A stretch of 64,000 nt of DNA from Escherichia phage Lw1. Shown one piece after another: positions 27,001 to 35,400 of this stretch. The stretch is taken from the sequence record KC801932, one strand, 5' to 3'. The position numbers and the translations under genes were made by a program. The notes beneath the pieces were generated by a model. That model ran no database searches. It was not told where the DNA came from and worked only from the letters and a program-made list of their open reading frames with translations. The first letter of the stretch is position 1, and each line of letters begins with the position of its first letter.

Positions 27001-28748
27001 TAATGGCTAACAATCCATATTACAGCGACGAACAACGCCGCAGGATGCAAAATCCAAAACCACAGCCACAACCCACCGTTCGTAAGATTAACGCAACGTT
27101 GGATAAGGCTTCGATGCAGGAATTGAAGGACATCAACGACAACACTCTCGAAACCGCGTTGAATACGCTGGATATCAAAGACAGTGTGAAGTCCTTCGAA
27201 GACCGTTTTAAAGAGAAATTTGCAGGGTTCCAGGAACAGTACGAACAGGATCAACAACCGTTAGCCGACCAGTTACCGGATTTTGTTGGTCCTTCTCGTC
27301 CTTCTGTTCTGACTGATAACAGCACGAATAGTGTTGATAATTCTGTTAGCGTATCAAATCAGAACAATCCGTTTAGTAAGCTGGAAGCACACACCAGCAC
27401 TATCGCAGACGCTATCACGAAGTTTATTGAACTGGCAAGCAAAAAGCCCGAACCAGCGCCGGAACCTGAACCCGTACCGGAAGAAGAACCAGAAGTTGAT
27501 AAGAAGAAAAAGAAAATACGCGATAAAGACAAAGACGAAAAGAAATTCAGTAAGAAAGTTCTGTTTCTTCTGGATGCGATCAAAAGCAATACGTCAGCTC
27601 TGTTGTCTCGTTTCATTGGTTATTCTCTGGAAACGATAGCGAAGTTTGCGAAGTGGACGTTGATTATCGGCAGTATCGTATTCGCGATCGAGGTGTTGGG
27701 TAAAGTTATTGCCTCGTGGTTTAATGATTTACTTAATGATGGGGAAGCATCCAAACAACTTTTTGGATCATATTTCAACAATATAAAGGCGTTGGCAAAA
27801 AGTATAGATGAAGGATTAGATAAATTAGGTGATAAAGATGCAACATTAGCAGAAAAATTAAAAGCTCTGTTAGTAGAACCATTTAAGATTCTGGGTAATA
27901 CCATTAAAACCGCAATCACGGAAGGTATCGGTAATCTGATTTACGCTCTGGGTGAATATACCGGATCTGAAACGATTACCAACGCCGGACGCGGAATGAA
28001 AGTATCAGCACTGCGCGACAAACAAAAATACGGTCTTGAAATTGATCCCGATGACCTGATTATGCTGAAAGAGCAAGAGATTCAGGATCAGAAAGATAAA
28101 ATCACACAGGCCCGTGAAAAGGTTGTTGAGCAAGTCAAAGCAACACAAGGCATGTTTAGCTATGGTTTCGGGCAACAGACAGAAGCACAACAGGTTCAGT
28201 CTAAGCACCTTGAAGAACTCCGTAACCAGGTTGATCTTGAAGAACAGATCACGAAGGAGAAAGAGAAAGAACTCCAGATGCTGAAAGATAACCCTAACCT
28301 GCTTAAAAAGCAAGTGTTGAAGGAAAACACCGCGAACGCTAAACGTGTTGATGATGCTAAACAGGTGGAAGCAGCGCAAAAGGCTACCAAACCAAAAGCA
28401 GAAAGTGAATTCGATCGGGGTGATGCTATTCTGGATAAAGACGAGATCACTGGCAAAGACAAAGAGTTAATGGAAAAGATCCTTGAATCTCTGGAAGAGA
28501 AGAACAATTCCAAAAAGCTCGATGAAGATGACAGCGAACGATATCGTTCTATGCTCGACCAATGGCAGAACAAAATTGCTGTTGTACCGGAAAGCAGCGC
28601 ATCAATCGACAAACAACCGGAACCTGTACGCGCACCTGTTGAAGCAACCGCATCAAACAATGTTCAGGTAAACAACAAAACAGTAAATAACACGGTTCAA
28701 CATTCTGTTCAACGAACCGAACGTAAACCGTTGATTGCATTAGCATAA
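26997..28748 (+). CDS. 29: Putative baseplate hub / tail length determinator (gp29-like)
   Basis: 583 aa (T4 gp29 approx 590), highly charged coiled-coil-rich, ATGA-coupled. Confidence 0.5.
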   Translation: MIMANNPYYSDEQRRRMQNPKPQPQPTVRKINATLDKASMQELKDINDNTLETALNTLDIKDSVKSFEDRFKEKFAGFQEQYEQDQQPLADQLPDFVGPSRPSVLTDNSTNSVDNSVSVSNQNNPFSKLEAHTSTIADAITKFIELASKKPEPAPEPEPVPEEEPEVDKKKKKIRDKDKDEKKFSKKVLFLLDAIKSNTSALLSRFIGYSLETIAKFAKWTLIIGSIVFAIEVLGKVIASWFNDLLNDGEASKQLFGSYFNNIKALAKSIDEGLDKLGDKDATLAEKLKALLVEPFKILGNTIKTAITEGIGNLIYALGEYTGSETITNAGRGMKVSALRDKQKYGLEIDPDDLIMLKEQEIQDQKDKITQAREKVVEQVKATQGMFSYGFGQQTEAQQVQSKHLEELRNQVDLEEQITKEKEKELQMLKDNPNLLKKQVLKENTANAKRVDDAKQVEAAQKATKPKAESEFDRGDAILDKDEITGKDKELMEKILESLEEKNNSKKLDEDDSERYRSMLDQWQNKIAVVPESSASIDKQPEPVRAPVEATASNNVQVNNKTVNNTVQHSVQRTERKPLIALA

Positions 28749-28759
28749 GGGAAATTTAC

Positions 28760-29854
28760 ATGAAAATCAAAGTTTTACAAGATACTGTGCAATCATTTGC
28801 AAAAATCAAAAATGCTGGCATCCCCTCTGGGGGTGCTACAACAACTAAAAACGCGTTGACACAACCAATCGTAACAGCGGAATTTCCTTCCCAACGTGCA
28901 GCAGGTATTGATAACGCTTATAACGCATCAAGCCTGTATAATAACGGCTTGCTGTTCACTGCATATGAATTCACTGGTGGATTTGCACCAGGCAGTAAAG
29001 ATAACTACCGTTCACTACGTCAAGCAGCACAGAACGCACAACAGATCCTGAGCGCGAATACAGGCAACGTTCGATATAAACAAGTTTTGAATACCCGTAC
29101 TATGGGTACGCTCAACCCCATTTGTCAAATACTTTTACCGCGAAGCCTGAACGATAACGAGGTTAACAGCCACCGTTACCAGGATGCAACCGATAGTATC
29201 GTTGCTAAAGGACCGTCAAGAGTTGTGTCTAACGTTATCTGGGGCGTTATTGAGTCTGCTAGTGGTGGTATTTTGGCAGACCGTAGAGAAGCAGTTGATG
29301 TTGGTACGAAAGCAGCGTTTCAAGGTTCTGATAAGCGCACAAAGATGTATTACAATACATTCGTTATCGAAAGTCGTTATGACCTGCTGGAACTTATTAA
29401 AATCTATTATCTGTTCACGGTGCTGGGATATGGTACGACATCAGGAGGAACTGCCGCTGAAATAGCAGAATTAGCTAAACAAACAATTAATAAAGCATCA
29501 ACAACAGGGGCAAAACTTATTAATAATGCAGCCGCTGGAAATGGCCCTACACCTACTGTATCTAATGGTTCGATTATAAGCGATCAGATGGTTGATTTTG
29601 TAACTAACATTGAAGTTATTAAATCACCTCCTGTATGGTTTATACGTGATTTCCAGACGGGCGACAGTTTACGGTTCCCTCATTCTACATTTGGGCCAGC
29701 AGGGATCACCAGCGTTCGTTTCGGGCGCACGATGGACAATATCGTAAATACGTTAAGAGAATCACCCAACACGCCAATATCCGTTGAAATCGAAATACAG
29801 TTCATGGAACTAATCGATATGCGTCAAGATTCGATTTTCGATGTTCAATACTAG
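28760..29854 (+). CDS. 48: Putative baseplate tail-tube cap (gp48-like)
   Basis: 364 aa, same length as T4 gp48; immediately upstream of gp54. Confidence 0.5.
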   Translation: MKIKVLQDTVQSFAKIKNAGIPSGGATTTKNALTQPIVTAEFPSQRAAGIDNAYNASSLYNNGLLFTAYEFTGGFAPGSKDNYRSLRQAAQNAQQILSANTGNVRYKQVLNTRTMGTLNPICQILLPRSLNDNEVNSHRYQDATDSIVAKGPSRVVSNVIWGVIESASGGILADRREAVDVGTKAAFQGSDKRTKMYYNTFVIESRYDLLELIKIYYLFTVLGYGTTSGGTAAEIAELAKQTINKASTTGAKLINNAAAGNGPTPTVSNGSIISDQMVDFVTNIEVIKSPPVWFIRDFQTGDSLRFPHSTFGPAGITSVRFGRTMDNIVNTLRESPNTPISVEIEIQFMELIDMRQDSIFDVQY

Positions 29855-29862
29855 GGGGAATA

Positions 29863-30726
29863 ATGTTCTATAGCGTAGATGAATTTTTGTCAGGAATGGC
29901 AAACCGTGACTTTCAGCGAAGCAACCTGTTTAGTGTTGTGTTTGCAACCAGTCCAGCATCACGCATTCTGGATAGTACGATCGGGAGTATCCGCGACACG
30001 TTAATTGATGGCACAATGAGTTCCATTAACGCGAACAACCCGAACGAGTTCATGAACGCTATCACAGGGGGTGTAAGAAAGCTATTCAGCTACACAGTTG
30101 ATAAGGCTATTATGTCCCTGAACAAAACCGGGTTTAGTAAGATTATGGGGGCGTTAAGCCCTCGTCTGATTACTTCCCTGTTTGGTGACAGCGTTTACGG
30201 GCAACTCTTAACAGAATTCCGTGATAAAATGATGTACAATATGGGTTTGAGTATCGTCGGTGTTCAGTTGCCTGGTAAAACATTAGGCTATGAATACGTG
30301 TACAACGGCGGTGTTCCTCAGATCCGATTTACCCGACCGGAGAACGGCGAATTGTCGTTAACGTTCCGTGTTGACTCAGAAGCACGTAACCTGAAAGTAT
30401 TCAATGAGTGGATGTCTGCTATTCGTGATGATATCACCGGACAGTTTGCATTCATTGATGAAGTATCAAGCGCGATCCAGGTTAACTTACATAACCGTGA
30501 CGGTGTTCCGCACAGCACATATGTATTCCAGAAATGTCTACCTGTCAAGGTAAGCAGTCCTGAATTAAGCTATGAGAACAACAACGAAATCTGGACATTC
30601 ACCGTTGACTTTGCGTATAAAACAGGTTGGCTTGTTGAAGCAGATAAAGAAGGTTGGGACGGGTTCAAACAATCCATCATCGAAGGTGCAGCAATTGCCG
30701 TTCGTGGTGTGGTATCAGGACAATAA
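29863..30726 (+). CDS. 54: Baseplate tail-tube initiator (gp54-like)
   Basis: Conserved blocks recalled from T4 gp54 (DFQR.N.FS.VFAT.P; IQVNLH.R.G.PH; SPELSY; FTVDFAYK). Confidence 0.7.
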   Translation: MFYSVDEFLSGMANRDFQRSNLFSVVFATSPASRILDSTIGSIRDTLIDGTMSSINANNPNEFMNAITGGVRKLFSYTVDKAIMSLNKTGFSKIMGALSPRLITSLFGDSVYGQLLTEFRDKMMYNMGLSIVGVQLPGKTLGYEYVYNGGVPQIRFTRPENGELSLTFRVDSEARNLKVFNEWMSAIRDDITGQFAFIDEVSSAIQVNLHNRDGVPHSTYVFQKCLPVKVSSPELSYENNNEIWTFTVDFAYKTGWLVEADKEGWDGFKQSIIEGAAIAVRGVVSGQ

Positions 30727-30753
30727 GGGGCTTTATGCCCCTTTGAGGTTAGC

Positions 30754-31497
30754 ATGATTGATATAATTCGCGTCAAACTACCCACAGGGGTAAAGCGTTT
30801 CCCTATGTTCACTGTTCGTGACCAGTTGAGTTTCTTGCTCACCAGTGCAGATATGGAAGGGAAAACGCTAACAGAACAACAACAGATGCTGGATGAAATT
30901 CTGGATATTCTTTATCCGGGTTACTCCCGTACAGAGCAAGAGAATATATTCACGCGGGTATATTGTGTATCATTCGGTAAGAGTGTAATCAAAATCCGTA
31001 TGAAAAATAAAGACAGTTACACAGAAGCATTCATGCAGGTTCATGATTATGTTTTGAATAATGAATATGCGCTTGATGATTCTATTACCCTGGGATTCAC
31101 ATTTCCTAAGAATCGAGACAACAGCGAACATCTATTCATTGAGTGTATCCAGTATGTGAAACAGGACGGTGAACGCTACGAATGGAAAGCGTTAGACGAT
31201 GACACGAAGAATGCTATTTTGGATCTGGTGTCTATCGAGGACATGGAGAACATCATTAAGCTGTTGCGCAAGTCGTGCCATGTTACTGTTCGTGATATCG
31301 AGTTTAGTGATTTGCTCACGTTGTACAAGATCCTGTTTAATAAAGCAGAATTGAATGAGTTCTTCAAAACCAACTATTTGTTAAATAAGAATGCAGTACA
31401 CATTGAACCTATAATGAATGCAAGCCCGATGGAACGTTCAATATACGTTGCATTACTGGCAGAAGATTTGAAACGAAAAGAGAATCCAAATGCGTAA
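30754..31497 (+). CDS. 51: Putative baseplate hub assembly catalyst (gp51-like)
   Basis: 247 aa (T4 gp51 approx 249); position before gp26/gp25. Confidence 0.4.
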   Translation: MIDIIRVKLPTGVKRFPMFTVRDQLSFLLTSADMEGKTLTEQQQMLDEILDILYPGYSRTEQENIFTRVYCVSFGKSVIKIRMKNKDSYTEAFMQVHDYVLNNEYALDDSITLGFTFPKNRDNSEHLFIECIQYVKQDGERYEWKALDDDTKNAILDLVSIEDMENIIKLLRKSCHVTVRDIEFSDLLTLYKILFNKAELNEFFKTNYLLNKNAVHIEPIMNASPMERSIYVALLAEDLKRKENPNA

Positions 31498-32047
31498 ACA
31501 TACTCCCAGACATATCCAAAAATATAATGTAACATATCGCCCTTTGACTGTTGGTGATGTCGGTGACACGGATAACTTCATTTTAGAAGGGAAGGTGTTC
31601 AAGCATCAACGCGATTATGTTTATCTTATGGCCCTGTTTGATACAATCAATAAGGATACTGTAGATCTGCAAATCAAATGTCCTGAATGTGGGGAACTGA
31701 TTAAGTTCACTCTGAATCGTCATCATATCCTGGTGGATGAATTCGAAGAAAAACTGTTTGGTAATGAAATTAAGATTTCGGTCGAACCACATACAACCGG
31801 AAAAGAAGAGTTACCCGAACTGATTAAGTTTGTTGTGATCGACGGGGAACAAATCTTATGGGACGATTGTAAGGAGTCCGAGAAAGAGGCTGTACTTGAT
31901 AGCATTGACTATCAGGTGTTTAAATCGATAAATACCGCTCTGGATAAGCCAGCAATGGTCGCAAACATTCCGGTTGGGTGTTCGTGTGGCTACAAACACA
32001 TAGTCTCTCTACGTGGCTTAGAGGCGTTTTTAAAGGTGGTTGGATAA
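31490..32047 (+). CDS. 26: Putative baseplate hub subunit (gp26-like)
   Basis: 185 aa with CPECG and CSCG cysteine pairs; position before gp25. Confidence 0.4.
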   Translation: MRKHTPRHIQKYNVTYRPLTVGDVGDTDNFILEGKVFKHQRDYVYLMALFDTINKDTVDLQIKCPECGELIKFTLNRHHILVDEFEEKLFGNEIKISVEPHTTGKEELPELIKFVVIDGEQILWDDCKESEKEAVLDSIDYQVFKSINTALDKPAMVANIPVGCSCGYKHIVSLRGLEAFLKVVG

Positions 32048-32440
32048 ATGGCTGTTAACCTTCGCTTACTATACAGCGATATCGACCCGAACTTAACGAA
32101 AGACTGGAACAAAGACGTTACCTCCTCGAAAGGGGCGGCAGCAGTAAAGAACAGTCTAATCGGTATCGTAACGACACAAAAAGGCACACGTCCTTTCGAT
32201 AGCAACTTTGGTTGTGAGATAGGAGAGCAGATTTTCGAGAACATGAACCCGTTAACAGCGGAATCAGTAAGAACCTCGATTGTATCCGCGATCCGCGCAT
32301 ACGAACCCCGTGTTTACAATCTGAATGTTGAAGTGATCCCACAGTATGACGAAAACGCGATCACCGTAACCGTTTACTACAGTATCATTGATGAACCGGA
32401 AGAGATTGAAAAAATCAAACTCCAGCTATCATCCTCATAA
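32048..32440 (+). CDS. 25: Baseplate wedge subunit gp25
   Basis: 130 aa; strong match to remembered T4 gp25 (LYSDIDP, DWNKDV, KNSL.GI.TT.KG.RPFD..FGC, FENM.PLTA, IKLQL.SS). Confidence 0.8.
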   Translation: MAVNLRLLYSDIDPNLTKDWNKDVTSSKGAAAVKNSLIGIVTTQKGTRPFDSNFGCEIGEQIFENMNPLTAESVRTSIVSAIRAYEPRVYNLNVEVIPQYDENAITVTVYYSIIDEPEEIEKIKLQLSSS

Positions 32441-32442
32441 CA

Positions 32443-32476
32443 AAAAGCCCCTTCCTTTCGGTTGGGGCTTTTTTAT
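32443..32476. terminator. Bidirectional hairpin terminator (aaaagcccc ttcctttcggtt ggggctttttt)
   Basis: Stem with A-run on one side and T-run on the other, between convergent gp25 and minus-strand ORF. Confidence 0.5.
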
Positions 32477-32477
32477 G

Positions 32478-32711
32478 TTAACGGGTTTTGAGATTAACCA
32501 GCCATGAAGTTTGTGTTTCTAAGCTAATCGCTTTCCAGTCATACGCGACACTATATCCAGAATAAGTTTGACACACAACAGCATTTTCATTCAGAAACTT
32601 AACTTTGTGCTTCGCTTCCTCTTCGTTCAAAGCAGCGCACACGAAGTTCTTTTCATACACGCCACCGTTAGGCTGGATAATGGTTTCTTCAATCAGATAT
32701 ACACTGTTCAT
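32478..32711 (-). CDS. Hypothetical protein (77 aa)
   Basis: ORF ATGA-coupled to upstream ORF. Confidence 0.4.
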   Translation of the reverse strand: MNSVYLIEETIIQPNGGVYEKNFVCAALNEEEAKHKVKFLNENAVVCQTYSGYSVAYDWKAISLETQTSWLVNLKTR

Positions 32712-32923
32712 GCTAATTCCTTCTCGATTGCTTCGATGATGTGGAGAACGTAACCGTTCAATTCTTTTGCTTTGTTGGCGGCTTCAACCATACCGTAACG
32801 AGGAACTTCTAAAACGTTCGCACCTTCGAGCAGGTTGCTTTCGATGTCTACGATTACGTAGCTTTCACCGATTACCGCGCCTTTTCTCCAGTCTTTTACG
32901 AATTTCATCATTTTAGCTTTCAT
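32708..32923 (-). CDS. Hypothetical protein (71 aa)
   Basis: First ATG (32923) after PeSL cassette, AAGGAA RBS. Confidence 0.45.
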   Translation of the reverse strand: MKAKMMKFVKDWRKGAVIGESYVIVDIESNLLEGANVLEVPRYGMVEAANKAKELNGYVLHIIEAIEKELA

Positions 32924-32940
32924 TTTCTCGTTCCTTTTGG

Positions 32941-32998
32941 CTGTTCCGTTTCGATATGTGTAATATAGCAAAGCCCTCACCATTAGGCAAGGGCTTTT
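32941..32998 (-). promoter_or_regulatory. PeSL-like promoter cassette, copy 3 (TTGCCT-17-TATATT, hairpin, conserved leader)
   Basis: On minus strand: -35 at 32985-32990, -10 at 32962-32967, leader CACATATCGAAACGGAACAG. Confidence 0.55.
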
Positions 32999-33005
32999 TG
33001 TATTT

Positions 33006-33650
33006 TTAGAACTTATTATACAGGATGAAGTTTATTCCTATAGAATTCAATGCTTTACATGCAGCATCGAGGTCTTTAGGTTCTATTTCGATGCTATACT
33101 TAATGCTCTTGAGTACAGGAACTGTTTCGGATTCAAAAGAATCAAGAGTAGGAGTTTCCTGAACTGGTTCTGATGATTTCGTAATCACAATTGATTCCAG
33201 TTCGGATTGAAAGCGCGAAATCGCTTTCTTGTTTGCATACTTGAATTCTTTTGCGTATGCAAACAGCGCACGAATTTTCGAACGGGTTGTGACTACCGTA
33301 CTTTCCTTGTACTCAGCACTACGCAGAAACGATTTGTTGTTGATAAACATTTCTGCTGCAACCAGATTGTTTTTGTTGAAGTATGCTATCATTTCGCTCC
33401 GAGAATGAGTATATACAAATACATACACTTCACGATCTACTGTATACAGACGAGTATATACATGGGCTAAAAATAGATTTTCGCATACCTTATTAAAACG
33501 GTCTTCATTACTGATTGTTGAATTTCGTCTTTCTTTTGTATACGCGGAAAATGCAGAGGATTTGAAGTTCTTAGAGAGTTCTTCTATTTCCTCAATCGTT
33601 TTACCGACCATTAACCTCAACAGTTTTTCATTTTTTGATACATAAGCCAT
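33006..33650 (-). CDS. Hypothetical protein (214 aa)
   Basis: Long ORF, Lys-rich; no confident motif. Confidence 0.45.
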   Translation of the reverse strand: MAYVSKNEKLLRLMVGKTIEEIEELSKNFKSSAFSAYTKERRNSTISNEDRFNKVCENLFLAHVYTRLYTVDREVYVFVYTHSRSEMIAYFNKNNLVAAEMFINNKSFLRSAEYKESTVVTTRSKIRALFAYAKEFKYANKKAISRFQSELESIVITKSSEPVQETPTLDSFESETVPVLKSIKYSIEIEPKDLDAACKALNSIGINFILYNKF

Positions 33651-33666
33651 ATTTCAATTTCTCTTT

Positions 33667-33957
33667 TTAGTGCATAAAAGATTTGATGTAGGTCACAATA
33701 TGTTCCCGACACGAGTCTACTGAGGTGTTTTCAGCAATAGCTGCATTGCAGAAGATTTCACCATCAAGCCAAAACGACAGCAGATATTGAATATCCCTTC
33801 CTTCGTTTTCCTCCTGGTGTTTCTTGATCCGTTCAAAGGCATCTTCGACGCTTTCGGTAGCGGTCAACAGTTCAGAATCACCATCAACCCCAGCCATTTC
33901 CCCAGCTTCTTCGCTGAATTCGCTTTCCAGTTCTTCCCAGTATACGATCGTTATCAT
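33667..33957 (-). CDS. Hypothetical acidic protein (96 aa)
   Basis: ORF; Glu/Asp-rich. Confidence 0.4.
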   Translation of the reverse strand: MITIVYWEELESEFSEEAGEMAGVDGDSELLTATESVEDAFERIKKHQEENEGRDIQYLLSFWLDGEIFCNAAIAENTSVDSCREHIVTYIKSFMH

Positions 33958-34090
33958 TGATTACCCCAAACAGATTTTACATTTACAGAGAGGACATTCT
34001 GCCTCTTTAACGCGTAGGCGTTTCGTTGTTGTCTTCTTTGCCGTATTGTGATCATATACATGAAGACAACGGAAGCAGATCACCAAACGT

Positions 34091-34558
34091 TTAGCCGTCA
34101 TAACCGCCACCGCATTTAACATCACCTTCAATGAACAGTTCGCGGTTGTCTCTCAAAAGATTGTATTTCTTTTCGAGTTCCGGCCCGAATGCGTCAGCGT
34201 CTTCATAATAGCTATAATTATAACAACCGCATTCATCATCCCATTCAGGATCATCACCGCATTCGTTGAAATGTACCACTTTGATATCATCAACGCCCAG
34301 TTCTTTCATTTTATTCCAGATATACCGGATGTCAACGCTATGATAACTGAATGCTTCAAGGGTGATACTATCACCATCAATTTGAGGAATACCCCATTTA
34401 GAACGTTGGTCATCGGTAATGATATCCAGTAAAGATTCTACGTTTTCATGTCCGTAAATCTTCGCGACCTCTTCCTCTTTACCAGGACGAACAAGCCCGA
34501 TCCCGATAATAAAGCTACTGCTTGAACTGTTACTTACAAAACCAGAACGGATCTTCAT
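34091..34558 (-). CDS. Hypothetical protein, MKIRSGFVSNSSSSSF family member A (155 aa)
   Basis: N-terminal 17 aa identical to ORF 37968-38480; C-terminus Cys/acidic (ECGDDPEWDDECGC). Confidence 0.5.
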   Translation of the reverse strand: MKIRSGFVSNSSSSSFIIGIGLVRPGKEEEVAKIYGHENVESLLDIITDDQRSKWGIPQIDGDSITLEAFSYHSVDIRYIWNKMKELGVDDIKVVHFNECGDDPEWDDECGCYNYSYYEDADAFGPELEKKYNLLRDNRELFIEGDVKCGGGYDG

Positions 34559-34746
34559 CGTCTTACCTCGTATTTCGCGTTCTCAGCGATTTTTTCTTGA
34601 TAGATGTTATATGACATTACCAGAGGCGCAATCGCCACGATAAGCCCTATAAAGCACACAGAGAACTCACGTTTATTGAAAGCCAGGAACGCAATTGCGC
34701 TCCCGACTACAAACACACCTAATGCCAGTAAGAAGAATAGCGTCAT
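34555..34746 (-). CDS. Hypothetical small membrane protein (63 aa)
   Basis: Two hydrophobic helices; ATGA-coupled on both sides. Confidence 0.4.
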   Translation of the reverse strand: MTLFFLLALGVFVVGSAIAFLAFNKREFSVCFIGLIVAIAPLVMSYNIYQEKIAENAKYEVRR

Positions 34747-35360
34747 TTCGGCAACGTGTCCATTTTGCGTGATTTTTCCAACAGGGTTTTGATTACCGTA
34801 TCCATCGCCTGTTCTGTATCACCATCATGATAGATGATCGCGGTTTGATGCAAACCTTTCACCAAACGATTAATAATGTACGCCATTTCGGTCGGTAACA
34901 GTTTACCCGTTTCGTTGAATTTTTCAAACAGTTTGAACAGTTCTTCGTTATTCCCTTTCTTACTGAAATTGAAATTGTGCATACCAGACAGAAGACCATC
35001 CAGATACAGAACTGTTTTGTTATCAGAGCGGAGGTGTCCACCGATTTTGTAGTAGTTGCTGAAAACGTATGGCGCTTCACGAACATCATTGATTTCTAAA
35101 CCAGCATCATCGATATTGCCTACGTGGGAGAAGAAATCCGCATCGTTATCGAACAGGTTGATCGCGCCTTTCTTGTACGGGAAGCCAGCCAGATTAATGA
35201 CCCCCTTTTCATACGCATTATCGTTATCAACGACAACGTATTCAGGAAGCATAGGGGCATACGGTTTGTTTTTGTCGTGGTTTTCGCGATACGCTAAAGG
35301 TTCAGCCAGATAGAGGATATCGCCTTGTTTGACTTCATCCCAAAAGATATTACGTGACAT
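34743..35360 (-). CDS. Hypothetical protein (approx 205 aa)
   Basis: Start placed at ATG 35360 (MSRNIF) with GAGGAA RBS downstream of hairpin. Confidence 0.45.
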   Translation of the reverse strand: MSRNIFWDEVKQGDILYLAEPLAYRENHDKNKPYAPMLPEYVVVDNDNAYEKGVINLAGFPYKKGAINLFDNDADFFSHVGNIDDAGLEINDVREAPYVFSNYYKIGGHLRSDNKTVLYLDGLLSGMHNFNFSKKGNNEELFKLFEKFNETGKLLPTEMAYIINRLVKGLHQTAIIYHDGDTEQAMDTVIKTLLEKSRKMDTLPK

Positions 35361-35400
35361 ATTAAATTCCTCAATATGCCCCCTTTCGGGGGCTATTTCA

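Noticed and set aside
33006-33650. ORF 33006-33650 as a third homing endonuclease
   Set aside because: No GIY-YIG, HNH or LAGLIDADG motif could be identified by eye; left as hypothetical.
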